A DNA stretch of 64,000 nt from an uncultured Planctomycetota bacterium (GCA_963823665.1 CAWGMQ010000004.1:544001-608000); one strand, 5' to 3'; positions 30,212 to 43,340 are shown, counted from the first letter of the stretch. Made by a program: numbers and translations. The notes: a model not told the origin generated them from the sequence alone.

Positions 30212-31577
30212 TCACCTTGCCTTGGACCTCGTCGAGGTTGCCGGTTCACTGCTGGCTTCCTCAACCGCGACCGGTTGGCCGAACATGCCGTAACGGACGC
30301 CGCTGTCCAGGTCAATGAAGACGGCTTGGCCTCCCGGTAGGCGACCGGGTTCCCCATTTTTGTTTCCCCGCGTCAACTTCTCGGTACCGCGGGCCAGGAG
30401 AAGGAGTCGAGTCATCCGGTTTCCCTTCATCTCGATCAACCCCTTCCAGGTGAGCTTGACCCGGTGCTGCCAGCGTGCGCCATGGGCGTCTTGGCCCTGC
30501 CCCGCGACCCCCGCGACCTCTGATTCGCCGTCGATTCGGACCCAGACAGGACCGTTGCCATCGGTCTCGATTTTTTGACACCAGAACGCACTGTCCATGT
30601 GCTCGCACTTGCTGCCATTCAGGTTGCCCAGGGGGTTCAAGTCGAGTTCCCCCATGAACGCATGGCCGATGAGCACCCTCGCCAGATCGTTGTCGATCTT
30701 GAAGCGGTTCGTGCCGGCGGCGGCGAGCGCTTTCGCCAACCCCTCTTGCCTGACCACGGGCACGTAGAAGCGGTCCTCGAGATAATTTTCCTGGCGCAGC
30801 GTGTCGGCGACGGGCTGGCCATCCTTCTCGAGCGCCCGGCCAAAAACCCGCGCCAAGATGGTCCCCTGCGGGACGCGCGGCTTTGCCGGACAGCTTTCCC
30901 CCTCGCGGTGGCGCTCGACCATCGGCACGACCTTGCCGCCGTCGGCGACATTGGCGAGCTTCTGACTGGGAAACCCCTTGTATCGCTCGGCGGGGAACGG
31001 CTTAGTCGCGTCGGGAAACTCGGCGAACCGCTTCTTAGCATGATCGAGGAAGTCAAGGACGCTCTTGTCGTCGTCGAACATGAAGACCCAGTCGAGCACT
31101 TTTCCCGCGGAGTTGACGACACAGACTCCCTGGGGAAGGATCTTCGAGCGTCCGATCTCGCGATAGAGCCGGCCTTCGTCGTTGTCGGGCGGGTTGTTGA
31201 TCAGTCCGGCCTTGAGGGCCACGGGCACGAAATCGGCGTTCACACGGCGAATGACGTCGGCGTTCGAGAATATCACCTCACGGGTGAGTGCGGCATACCC
31301 TCAGCAGCGCTCGTCGTCAACAGGACGGTCGATGAAGACCCAGAGCAGGGCCGGCTTGTTTTTGGCTCGCGCTTCCCGGAGCCCTTCGAGCAAACAGCTC
31401 TTCCAGTCGATCTCTCGCCAAGCGACTTTCGGCGCTTTCAGGGCGTTGATCTCTGCCTGCAAAGCGTCGAGGGTTACCGGTTTCTTTTCAGCAACGGGAA
31501 CGTTCTGAGCGCCAGCCTGTCCGCACACGAGAACCGGCGAACACCAACGCAGCCGCACTAAGAGTCAATCTCTGCAT
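30212..31577 (-). CDS. Probable exported thioredoxin-fold selenoprotein with C-U-G motif (SELENON-like)
   Basis: ORF 31301-31558 ends at ...PVDDERC-TGA and the same frame continues GYAALTREVIFSN into ORF 30212-31276. ATG at 31577 has RBS AAGGA and a signal peptide (one frameshift near 31535). A hairpin follows the TGA. Confidence 0.72.
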
Positions 31578-32024
31578 GGTTCTCTTTCCTTTCGCGATCG
31601 GGTTGCTCCTAGCTGATCGAGATCGCCCCGCCGGAGAAACCAACTAGACCGTCTGTTATTACTCAAGGGCGAACCGCGAGGTTTCACGGTCTTGGTCGAT
31701 TCTTGAATGAATCGCGATGATCGGCAGAACTTGGGGCTGAGTGGAAACTGGACGGTTGAGATGCACTTTCGCGGAGCGAAAGGCAACAATCTCGCAGTCG
31801 GCTCGTGCGTGAGCCCGTGAGTTCGGCGGCGAGGGGTCCTGGGACGCGCGAGGCGACTTCCGTACGTTCGGATGCCCGTTTGTTCGCGCTGCGCAGTGCG
31901 ACCCGCGTTATCGGAACTCGGTTCATCAAAAAAGCCGGAATCTTCGGGGGCCGGCGCGAAAAAACCTGGGCGTTTTGTAGATCATTTAGGGTAGGGAGCA
32001 TAGGAAACCCTAGGCATTGCAACC

Positions 32025-32075
32025 GAAACCCAAGGCGTTGCCGTTGGGCTATGTTGTTGTGGCCTTTCAGGCCGA
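32025..32075. repeat. REP-like palindromic element
   Basis: ACCCAAGGCGTTGCCGTTGGGCT...GGCCTTTCAGGCC double hairpin in non-coding DNA. Confidence 0.45.
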
Positions 32076-32661
32076 GGACCGGAATGGGTGACCGCAACGA
32101 AGTCAATCATAACCGGGGTGCCGGGCCACCGGCGCGATGAGGAGGAGACGAGATGATAACATCAGGAATTGAGGGGGTGAACGTGTGTGGTGCGATTGAG
32201 GGTGATCGCATGCGCGACCTCCGGTGTCAGGCAGCCACCTATGCGCCGCAGTGGGGGGAGGATCGCGGCAGATCGCGGCTATGGGATGGTTCTCGGAGAC
32301 GCCCATTTACACTAGTGCACGGATGCTGGACGGGGCTCGAAAACCTGCCACTTTTTGCCATTTTTCGATCTTTGAGACGCTCATCCAAGGTGGGGAGCCT
32401 GGTTCCGCATGTTGATTCAGCACCAGGGGATCGGAACTATTGTGTGGGTTCTCGGGCGATCGAAAAAAACTCGTGGCACGTGCCAGTGCAAAACTGCCAC
32501 AACGATGCGGCTGTGTTGTTCACTATGTTTGAACGGATTTTTTCGATGCGGGAACAACGAGGGAAAGGAGGCCATGGAGATGAGGCGAGGCGGGACGGTC
32601 AGGCGAGACGGAAACGCACCGCGCTGGGAAGCTGGGCTGCGCGGTCTTTCTTGCGCGAGCC

Positions 32662-33225
32662 CACCACCACCGCCTGCGGTGGCACCTCCCTCACAGGCGG
32701 GGAGGAATGCTGTTTCGTTCCGCTAATCCTTGCGGCATAAGGGCGCGCGACAAATATACAAAACGAAATCACAGGTCAGGGTGGGGGGTGGGAGTGAAGA
32801 GCGGGAGCAGGATTAGGATTAAGATTAGGAATAAGATTAGGATTAAGATTAGGATTAAGATTAGGATTAAGATTAGGACTAAGAGCAGGAGCAGGAGCAG
32901 CACCGGCTTTGGCGACGAGTGCACCGCTGGACTCCGCAGCCATCCGCCTGCTCGCTCCCCCACCGCCGTCTGGGGCGGCACCTCCCTCACAGGGGCGGAA
33001 GGAATGCTGTTTAGCTCCCGTAATCCTTGTGGTGTAAGGGCGCACGACAAATATACAAAACGAAGTGGTCGGTCGGGGTGGACCGTTGAACAGGGAACGC
33101 GGATTGGGATTACGAGTAAGAGCAGGAGCAAGAGCAAGAGTTTGATCGGCGCGGGCGGAACGTCGAGCGATTGCGTTCCCGTAATCCTTGTGGCGTAAGA
33201 ACGCGCGACGAATATACAAAACGAA
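32662..33225 (+). repeat. Three dispersed copies of a 44-bp motif; copies 1 and 2 extend to about 105 bp
   Basis: TAATCCTTG.GG..TAAG..CGC.CGAC.AATATACAAAACGAA at 32724-32767, 33021-33064 and 33182-33225. Confidence 0.85.
32811..32901 (+). repeat. Simple tandem repeat (ATTAGGATTAAG)n grading into (AGCAGG)n
   Basis: Directly visible; gives IRIK-repeat ORFs that are probably spurious. Confidence 0.9.
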
Positions 33226-33234
33226 CGAGAATCA

Positions 33235-33410
33235 GGACGGAGGGCGGAGGACGGAGGGCGGAGGACAGAGCGCGGAGGGCGTGAGGCGATCGTGCGTGGG
33301 CGTGAAGGGAGACCTTCGGTCCCGCTCTCGGGGCGGGGTCAGAGACCCACGCCCAACAACGGGCTCCAGGGGCGGGGTCGGAACCCTCGCTTACGCTTCG
33401 GGCTAGTGCG
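33235..33410. repeat. Heptamer tract (CGGAGGG/CGGAGGA)n plus REP-like elements
   Basis: GGACGGAGGGCGGAGGACGGAGGGCGGAGG; GGAGACCTTCGGTCCC; CCCTCGCTTACGCTTCGGGCT. Confidence 0.6.
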
Positions 33411-33805
33411 TCATCCACGCTAAGTTTTCGGGCTAACAACCCTCGCAGGGGCAGGCAAATTCCAGGCGATATCCACGAGGCCCGGACGAAAACGAAACGT
33501 CTCTACCCGACGATTAAGGGTGGATGGGGCACTAGTGTCGTCGCCGGGACGGGTGTGCAACGTGTTACCCGAATAGCGGCGCGATTGAACCAGGCCCGGA
33601 GAATTCACCGGATGTCATCGTGCTTGAATCGTGCGTCGTGCGCACCCTAGAATGGATTTCGCCGCCAGGACGGCGCCTCGCTCAGGCCGTCGCTCTGGGT
33701 TGATCTCTTCGGCCCTTTCCGGGCGAAGGCCGAATTTAATCAAACAAGGCCTAACCGCAAGTCCCTCAGTGCATTAGAAACTCTAACATCGAGGCTGACC
33801 AACGC

Positions 33806-34825
<1,020 letters not shown>

Positions 34826-34839
34826 TCGGGAGGCTTATT

Positions 34840-35740
34840 GTGGCGGGGACTGCGGAGAAATATCTGAAGCCGGAGGTGATCCGGCAGGTTGCGCGGCTGG
34901 ATCTGCGCGCACGATTCATTGTCGAGGGGTTCATCTCGGGGTTGCACGCCAGCCCGTTCCAGGGTTTCTCGGTGGAATTCTCCGAGCATCGCAAGTACAC
35001 GGCCGGTGACAACATTGGAGACATCGACTGGAACGTGTACGCCAAGACCGACCGGTTTTACATCAAGAAATTCCAGGCCGAGACGAATCTGACGGGCTAC
35101 CTCGTGATGGATCTCTCGGCGTCGATGGGGTACACTTACCGACAGGAGCTGACGAAATTTGAATACGGGATCAGCCTGGCGGCGGCCCTTTGTTACTTGA
35201 TGATCCGGCAGCAGGACCCGGTGGGGCTGGTGGCGTTCGATCAGAAGGTCCGGCAGAGCCTCGCCCCGGCGAGCAAGCGGTCGCAGCTCGGGAACATCCT
35301 GTCGATCCTCGCCAAGCTGAAGCCGGCGGGAACGACGAACTTCGAGGCGAGTCTGAACCAGGTCGCCAGCATGATCCGGCATCGCGGGCTGGTGATGCTC
35401 TTCAGCGATTTGCTGGCAGACCCTGAATCGATCTTGCGGGCCATTCATCGGCTGCGATTCCGAGGGCACGACATGATCATTTTTCACATCCTGGACGAGG
35501 CTGAGGCGGAGTTTCCGTTCCAGGGAATGCTTCGTCTGGAAGACAACGAGACCAACGAGATACTCGAGGTCGACGCCGATGCGATCAAGGCTGACTATCT
35601 CGACGAGGTTGCCAAGTTCCGGGCGACTTACAAGCAAGATTGTGTTCGGACGCGAATCGACTACGTTCCGCTGCACACGGGGATGCCGTTCGACAAGGCG
35701 CTCGATGAGCTATCTACTGACGCGGCAGGGCCGAGCTTGA
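34840..35740 (+). CDS. DUF58 / vWA-like protein (frameshift near 35703)
   Basis: SGLHASPFQGFSVEFSEHRKYTAGD..IDWNVYAKTDRFYIK, DLSASM, LFSDLL; corrected C-terminus ...DKALMSYLLTRQGRA. Confidence 0.9.
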
Positions 35741-35761
35741 CGGAGTGGAGTGACTTTCGCC

Positions 35762-37993
35762 ATGGAGCTGTCGATCTTGAATGTGGGGCTGGCCGCGGGG
35801 GGCGCTGCGCTTGCGGCCCTGCCGGTGATACTCCACCTGTTCATGCGTCAGACGCCGAAGCACGTGATCTTCCCGGCGCTGCGGCTGATCCGCGAGCGTC
35901 AGAAGCAATCCAAGAAGCGGATGCGCATCAAGAACTGGCTGCTGCTTCTGGCGCGGATGGCCGTGATCGCGATCATGGCGCTGGCGCTGGGAAGGCCGTC
36001 GGTCCACTCCGACGTTCCTCTGGGATCTGAATCGCAACCGACGGCGATGGGGCTCGTGTTCGACACCTCGCTTTCGATGGGATACATCGAGAGGGACAAG
36101 ACGCGGCTGGACGAAGCGAAGGAGCGCGCGCGCGAACTGCTCGCCAAGCTGCCTGACTCGAGCCAGGTGTTCGTGGTCGACTCGGCGGATCCGCCGGTTC
36201 CTGCGGGGATGTCTCCGTCGGCGGCGCTCAAACGCATCGACTCGCTGACGATCCGGGCGGTCAACCGGCCGCTCAATTCCGCCATGGGGCAGGTCTACGC
36301 CGCGGTCGCCGAGTGCGACCGCCCGCTGCGCGTCGTGTACGTGCTGACGGATCTTTGTCGTACGTCGTGGCTGCCGAACCGGCCGGCGGAAGGGCTCGAG
36401 CAGGTGGAGAAGCTCAAGAAGAAGAAGGGCTCGCGGATCGTGACGTTCATTCTGGGCGTGGCTTCCAAGGAGGTCGACCAACGTTGCGGTTGACACGGCC
36501 GAGCCATCGTCGACGGTCGCGATCCAGGGTGAGCCGATCGAGATTCGGAGCAGGATTCGATCGGAAGGGACGAAGCCGACGACCCGGGTCGTGGAGTTCA
36601 CGGTCGACGGCCAGAAAAAGGATGAGAAGACACTCGAGATCCCGCCCAAGGGAGTGGTTGAGGTGAACTTCATGGCGCTGCCGCGAGGGGGTGAGGGGAA
36701 CCTGCACCAGGGGAAGATCAGGCTCAGCGGCGCACCCGATCCGTATCGCGGCCGATGACGAGCGGTTTTTCAGCTTCCGGGTTCGGCCGCCGCTCAAGGC
36801 GCTGCTCGTCTACGACGATCCGTACGACACATCGTTCGTTGCGGCGGCGCTCGATCCCAACCCCGCGGCGGCCGCGCTGCGACCGATTCAGGTCGAGAAG
36901 GTGACGGCCAAGGAGCTGGGCGCTCGTTATAACGGCAATCTTCAAGACTTCGCGGCGATCTTCCTGCTGAACGTGCGGAGGCTCGAGGAAGCCGACTGGA
37001 TCGCGCTGAATCGCTACGTGCACAGGGGAGGGGGGTTGGTGGTGGCACCCGGGCACCTGAGCGACCCGGCGAACTACAACTCGGTGAGCCAGCTTCTGCC
37101 GGGACAGCTTGGGGCGGAGCCGCACATCGCCCAACCGCCGACCAACATGGACAGACGTCACCAACCTGACACACCCGCTCTTCGAGCGGTACGGCAAGGA
37201 CCTGGCGACCGTGCTCGCAAACCCTCCGGTTTACAAGTACTGGCCGATTCGGGGCGAGACGGCCGCGGGGCTCGTGCTTGTGCGGTTTCGCGACGGAGCG
37301 CCGGCGCTTTTGGAGCGGACGTTCAAGGGGCCAAAGGTCGGCAAGGTGTTGCTCTGGACGCTGCCTCTATCGCGCCGGGCCGATAAGGGCGGGGCGATCG
37401 GGAGGTCGGCAGCGGCCTTCAGCGAGTTCCCGCTGTACGACCCGTATGGCTGGTCGTTCATCGCGCTCATGGATCGGACGGTCCCGTATCTCTCCGGCGG
37501 GACGAGCGAACAGCTCAATTTCGACGCAGGGGAGAATGTGCTGCTGCGGCTTGATCCGACGGCGCGTCTCTCGAAGTTCGTGATCAGCGGTCCGGACCAG
37601 AAGCCCAAACCGCTTCCCTCGCCCAGCGGCGAATACCTCGAGGTGCCGGCGCCGCCGGCCCTGGGCATCTGGACGGTTCAGGCGACGACGGCCGACAACC
37701 GCGCGGCAGTCCTGGGGTTCAGCGTGAACATGTCGAGGGACCCGAATCACGATGAAAGCCGATTCGCGCACGTGGAGAAAGACGATTTTGATGCGATCTT
37801 CGGCAAGGACGGCTATCTGCTGGCGGAGGACGCCGCCGCGCACCAAGAAAAGGAGAAGCTCACGCGGTACGGATACGAAGTCTTTCCCTGGCTCATGTTC
37901 TTGATCCTCACGATCGTCACGCTGGAGAACATTCTGGCCAACACATTTTACAAGGAAGCGCCCAGCGGCAAGAAGACGGCCGCGGCTGCGTGA
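35762..37993 (+). CDS. BatA-domain / vWA membrane protein (frameshifts near 36478, 36745, 37148)
   Basis: LPVILHLF.RQ.PK.VIFPALRLI...LLLLARM, FDTSLSM MIDAS-like motif, YVHRGGGLVV, C-terminal TM helix. Confidence 0.85.
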
Positions 37994-38032
37994 ACGGGCG
38001 GGGAGCTTTCCTGGTTGGATCTTGGTGGCAAC

Positions 38033-40283
38033 ATGAATCACGGAATCAGTGTGAGCTTCAGTCCGATCGGCGGTTCGTGGGCGCTCTTGCTCGTGGCCAT
38101 CGCGATGGTGACGGCGCTGACGCTTTGGGCCTACGCCAAGCGACTCAAGGGCACGACCGGCAGGTGGCGATGGTTTGCGCTGTCGCTTCGACTGCTGGCG
38201 ATCTTGCTCTGCCTGATGGCGGCGCTGCGGCCGAAGGTGACGCTCAACGAGAAGAAGAAGCAAGCCGCGACTCTTGTCTATCTGATCGACTCGAGCAAGA
38301 GCATGACCCTGGTCGACGAGGTGAACGGGCAATCGCGGTGGAGCGTGGCCAAGCAAATTCTCAAGCAGGCGCAGGAAGAAGCCAAGACGCTGGGGCCCGA
38401 CCTGAGCGTGAAGATCCACTTATTCGACTCAACGCTCGCCGAGCCCAAGCCGAATGAGAAAGGAGACTACGCCGAGCCCAAGGGGCTCGAGACGAAGCTG
38501 GGCGTGGCGATCCTCGAAGCCAACAAGGCCGAGCAGATCAATTCGAAACGGATTGCGCGATTCGTGATCGTCTCGGACTTCGCATCCAACAGCGGCACCG
38601 ACCCGCTCGAAGCGGCGCGGCAGGTGAAGGGGTCAGACCAGGCGATCAAGTTCATCACGGTCGGCCTGGGGGCCGAGAGCGCCGGGCCTAACCAGCGAGA
38701 CGTCGCGCTCAAGGACATCATCACGAGCCCGACCGTGTTCGTGAAGAACCAGGTCGAAGTGCGGGGAACGGTGGTCGCGCACGGATATGCCAACCAGGAT
38801 CTGAACGTCGAGCTTTACGTCGAGGGCCAGGCAACGCCCGTGGCCAAGACCACGGTGAAGGTCAAGGAAGGGGCCGAATCGGTGCCAATCACCGGACTCA
38901 GGTTCGTGCCGCAGACGCCGGGGGAGAAGCTGCTCACGATGAAGGTCGCGCTCAAAGACAACGAATCGATGAAATCGAACAATGAGATGAGCACGTTTGT
39001 GACTGTATTGAGCGGCGGATTGAACGTGCTGTTTCTGCAGGGTTCGAACTCGACGTGGGATTACCGCTTCCTGGGAAGGTCGATCATGCAGTCGACGGCG
39101 ATCCAGATGGATGGATTCGTCATCCGGCGGCCTGCGCAGGCAGATAAGAGCGAGGTGGAGGACACCGTGTTCGCCCCCAACAAGTACAACGTATATGTAT
39201 TCTGCAACTTGCCGGCCGATTACTTGACACCGAAACAGCAGGCGCTCCTGGTCGAGGCGGTGAAGAAAGGCGCCGGGTTCATCATGCTGGGCGGCCACGC
39301 GAGCTTCGGGCCCGGCGGCTGGGCGGATACGCCGGTTGCGGAGATTCTGCCCTGCACGATCCACCCCGGTGACGGCGAGATCGAGGAAGGGATCAAGCTT
39401 ATACCGACGACTATCGGGTCTCGATCAGTTCATGCTGAAAGTTGGTGCGACCACGGCTGAGACCACGAAAATCTGGGATTCGATGCCGCCGATGCGTGGC
39501 ACGAACCGGTTCGGCGTACCCAAGCTCAATGCCGTAGTTCAGGCGACATCACCGGCCCCGGATGCCGAGCCCTTGATGATGAGCATGGATGTGGGCTTGG
39601 GAAGGGTGATCGCCTTTGGCGGGGAGACGTGGGTCTGGGCGCGCCAGACCGAGGAAGGGCGGCTGGCACACCGGAAGTTCTGGCGGCAGTCGATATTCTG
39701 GCTATCGCACAAGGAAGACGACAGCGAGAACCAGGTCAAGCTGACTCTCGACCGACGGCGGATCGGCGTGGGTGAGAAGCTTGAACTGTCCGCGACCGCC
39801 CGCGACGCGAAGGGTGCGTCGATTCTCGATGCGACCTACGAATGCAAGATCGTGCGTGACGGGCCCGAGCCCGTGACCGAGCCGGTTGAGCTTTATCCTC
39901 AGGGCGAACAGGCGCGCGCGACGCGCTACGCGACCGAGCATCTTGGCGTTCCGGCGAACTACACGGCAACAGTGATCGCCCGCCGTGGCGGCAAGGAGAT
40001 CGGCCACGATTCGGCTCGCTTCCTGGTGTATCAGGACGACCGAGAGCTGGAAAACCCTTCCGCCGACCTCAAGCTGGCGAAGGAGATCGCCGAGCTGACC
40101 GGCGGCGAGCTGGTCACTCCCGAAAAGCTGGCGACGCACCTGAAGGGCATCGACCGCTCGGCATACACGGAGTACGTGACCGACTCTCAATACGAGGTCT
40201 GGGACAACTGGCCCTTCATGCTGGTTTTCGCCGCGATCCTCACCCTTGAATGGTGGCTGCGCAAGCGCCATGGGTGGGTTTAG
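38033..40283 (+). CDS. vWA + glutamine-amidotransferase-like membrane protein (frameshift near 39420)
   Basis: LIDSSKSM, IVSDF, GAGFIMLGGHASFGPGGWADTP, VGLGRV, C-terminal LTLEWWLRKRHG. Confidence 0.85.
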
Positions 40284-40531
40284 ACGACCAGGCTCACTGT
40301 GAAACCGGCATTGTCTCAGCAAGGCGTTTCGATTATAGAAATGGCCTCCGATGGAGTTTTTCGAACGTTGCCACTCACGGATGAGACGCAGCATGACGGC
40401 AAAACAACTCGTCGACCGCCTGCTTGCCAGGCCAGGTTTGCTCAAACCACAGTCACGCACTACCGCACCGGTCTCGCCCGGAGCGGTGCTTTGCACCTCT
40501 TGCCTTTTCGAGTGAATCCGGAGAGGCGACG

Positions 40532-42106
40532 ATGACTGGGCAAATGATGGAAAAGACGAATCGCGCGCGCGTGCCCGCGGCCGGCCGATTGCCGCTGCTC
40601 GTCGCGGCTTGCTTGATCTGCGCCATTGCATCGATCAATATTTATCGATTGACAAGTGCGATTGCGCCTCGGAATCCGTGGGAATCGCTCGAGGTGGTGG
40701 AGGCGTGGCGAAGCCTGCACGGGATGCCGGTTTATGAGCTTCCGCCTGAGGGGCATGCGACGCACATGTACGGGGCGATTGTGCCCTGGGTGCAGGGAGA
40801 GATCTTCCGCTGGACGGGGCCGAACAACTTGAGCGGGCGGTTGCTGTCTCTGGTCTCATCGCTGCTGCTGGTGACGATGCTCGCGGTGGGTTTTACGGGC
40901 GAGCGCTCGATCTGGGCCATCGTCATCGCCTGGGCGGCGCTTCTGGGAGTCGACCATCGCGCGGGCCATTATTTCGTCGAGAACCGGCCGGACATGCCGG
41001 CCCTTTTCCTGGGCGGTGTGGCTCTGGTCCTCTTCGGCTGGGGATTTGAGCGCAAGCGATTCACGCTTGTCGTTCTGGGAACGGCGTGCCTGATGCTCGG
41101 TTTCTTTTTCAAGCAGACGGTCTCGATCTTCGCGGCAGTTCCTCTTTGCGCCTTGATCCTGCGGGGACGGTTGCCGGCGCGATCCGAGATCGTGCTTGCA
41201 GGGCTTCCGCTGGTCGCGATGGGCGGGGTGATTGCCGGCCTGGGCTTCTTCAGCGAGGCGATTCACCATTACATGATTGCGGTACCCGGGGCCTATTCGA
41301 TCAACTGGGTGCGGGCGGGCAAGTATCTGTGGGAGCTTATGCTCGATTCACCGCTCTTTCTGGTTCTGATCGCGGAACTGGTGATTTTCGGTGCAAGAGT
41401 GCGGCGCGATGATCGGCGCGTGCGCTGGCTGCTGGCGACACTGGCAATCGCCATTCCGTTCAGCGCGGTCTCGCACGCGAAGGTGGGGGGTTGGCCCAAC
41501 AGCCTGCTGCCCGCGCTCTTCACGATGATGGCATTCTGCGTGTTGCGATTGCCCCGGATCGTGAAACGGATTGAAGAGCACACGCAGACCGTGCGCGGCC
41601 GAGTGGCGGTCGGATCGTTTCTGGCGGTGCTCCTGCTCATGACCACGTTTCCGCACTTGACGTGGGAGAATGGGCTCTTTGTGCCCCGGTCGCGCTGGGA
41701 CAAGGACTACCGTGCGATGCTGGCGATTGCTGGGAGTTTGCCCGGCCGTGTCGTGTGTCCCGAAGATCCCACGATACCTTTCTATGGGAACGGCTACGTC
41801 GGGCTGAGCTTGTTCTCGGAGAAGGATGCCCGGCCGGATCGAGGACACTGGCCAACGAAGACACCCGAGCCGGTTCTCGAGGAAATGCGACGCGCGGAGT
41901 TCATCGTCGACGTGCGGGAGTACTGGGGAGAGAACGTCGACGAGGCGCTGCTAGAGAGTCTCGGTTTCTGGCCGATGGATGTGAAATCGATTGATCCCGA
42001 CTGCTACCGGATATGGCGGAAGGCGGGTCGCTCGGTCACGAGCGCGAGCCCGGCGGTAGGCGACCGGATCGGGCTCTCTGAAGTGGAGCGAGCATCAAAT
42101 CATTGA
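40532..42106 (+). CDS. Polytopic membrane protein, GT-C (ArnT/PMT-like) glycosyltransferase
   Basis: Many TM segments; ENRPDM and FFFKQT motifs; upstream of a GT2 gene. Confidence 0.7.
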   Translation: MTGQMMEKTNRARVPAAGRLPLLVAACLICAIASINIYRLTSAIAPRNPWESLEVVEAWRSLHGMPVYELPPEGHATHMYGAIVPWVQGEIFRWTGPNNLSGRLLSLVSSLLLVTMLAVGFTGERSIWAIVIAWAALLGVDHRAGHYFVENRPDMPALFLGGVALVLFGWGFERKRFTLVVLGTACLMLGFFFKQTVSIFAAVPLCALILRGRLPARSEIVLAGLPLVAMGGVIAGLGFFSEAIHHYMIAVPGAYSINWVRAGKYLWELMLDSPLFLVLIAELVIFGARVRRDDRRVRWLLATLAIAIPFSAVSHAKVGGWPNSLLPALFTMMAFCVLRLPRIVKRIEEHTQTVRGRVAVGSFLAVLLLMTTFPHLTWENGLFVPRSRWDKDYRAMLAIAGSLPGRVVCPEDPTIPFYGNGYVGLSLFSEKDARPDRGHWPTKTPEPVLEEMRRAEFIVDVREYWGENVDEALLESLGFWPMDVKSIDPDCYRIWRKAGRSVTSASPAVGDRIGLSEVERASNH

Positions 42107-42170
42107 CACCTGTCGCGACGTGCCGACGGTTCTCTGGCAGGCGCGGAATAATCTGGAAAGGCGGCCGGAC

Positions 42171-43340
42171 ATGGATGCTCGGCGAAAAGGGCGATTCGAC
42201 TCTGGAGCAGAGGATGCGCTTCGCGTACCGATTTCCGGGCGGACTGGCGGAGAGGGGCAGGGGGGTCTTCGCGAGTCGAAGCCGAGGAGCGAACGCCGTA
42301 CGGAGCCGCAGGCGGAGGAGATCGTCGTCTTGATTCCGGTTTTCAATGACTGGGAGTCGGTCGAGCAACTCTTGCCGAGGCTGGATCGCGAGCTCGCGCA
42401 GAGCGGGATGGCGGTCGACGTGCTGATTGTCGACGACGGCTCGGTGCTGGAGGGCGAGGGAGTCGCAGACTCGAACGCGTTTGAAGCGATCCGGCGGATT
42501 GATGTGCTGCGGCTGCGACGCAACCTGGGTCATCAGCGAGCGATCGCGATTGGCCTGGCTTATGTCGAGGATTGCCTGAGCACAAGCGCGGTCGTCGTGA
42601 TGGACGCCGACGGCGAGGACGACCCGGCCGACGTGCCGCGTCTTGTGGGGCGATTGCGGGAGGAGGGCAATCGCAAGATTGTTTTTGCGGAGCGAACTCG
42701 ACGGTCGGAATCGATCGCGTTTCGCATTTTTTATCTGTTTTACAAGATTCTGCATTATCTGCTGACGGGCAAGGGGGTGCGGGTTGGCAATTACAGCGTG
42801 ATACCGAGGCGGCGGCTGTCGAGCCTGGTGGTGGTCGCCGAGATGTGGAATCACTACGCGGCGGCGGTCTTCCGTTCGCGGCAACCGTACTGCATGGTTC
42901 CGACGCGGCGGGGCAGGCGCCTGTGCGGGAGCTCGTCGATGAACTTCGTGTCGCTGGTGGCGCACGGATTGAGCGCGATCGCGGTTTACAGCGACGTCGT
43001 CGGGGTGCGGCTCCTGGTCATGTCGGTCTTGATGGCGGTGGTAACCGCGGGAGGAATCGTGGCAGCGCTCTTCGTGCGGCTTGCGACCGACTGGGCGGTT
43101 CCGGGCTGGGCGAGCTACATGGTGGGCATCCTGCTGATTCTGCTGGTACAGGCGGTGATGGCAGCGTTCGTCTTCAGTTTTGCGATCCTGGGCTCGCGGC
43201 ACGGCTCGACCTTTCTGCCGCGGCGTGATTATTCGTTCTTCATCGGCGCGCTCTGGACGCTTCACGGTCATGAGCAATCGCTCGAGCCGCTGCCGGTTCC
43301 GGAGCTTCAAAGCGACTTCATTGAGTCGGGGATCTCGTGA
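42171..43340 (+). CDS. GT2 glycosyltransferase (GtrB/DPM1-like)
   Basis: LIPVFND, IVDDGS, RRNLGHQRAIAIGL, VMDADGEDDP; two C-terminal TMs. Confidence 0.9.
   Translation: MDARRKGRFDSGAEDALRVPISGRTGGEGQGGLRESKPRSERRTEPQAEEIVVLIPVFNDWESVEQLLPRLDRELAQSGMAVDVLIVDDGSVLEGEGVADSNAFEAIRRIDVLRLRRNLGHQRAIAIGLAYVEDCLSTSAVVVMDADGEDDPADVPRLVGRLREEGNRKIVFAERTRRSESIAFRIFYLFYKILHYLLTGKGVRVGNYSVIPRRRLSSLVVVAEMWNHYAAAVFRSRQPYCMVPTRRGRRLCGSSSMNFVSLVAHGLSAIAVYSDVVGVRLLVMSVLMAVVTAGGIVAALFVRLATDWAVPGWASYMVGILLILLVQAVMAAFVFSFAILGSRHGSTFLPRRDYSFFIGALWTLHGHEQSLEPLPVPELQSDFIESGIS

Noticed and set aside
32707..33219. ORFs with IRIK, poly-IL or NPNL repeats; telomere-like TTAGG
   Set aside because: These are translations of a non-coding simple repeat in an internal position.
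32724..33225. Possible CRISPR or integron attC array
   Set aside because: Intervals are 253 and 117 bp, low-complexity and without ORFs; no cas or integron integrase nearby.
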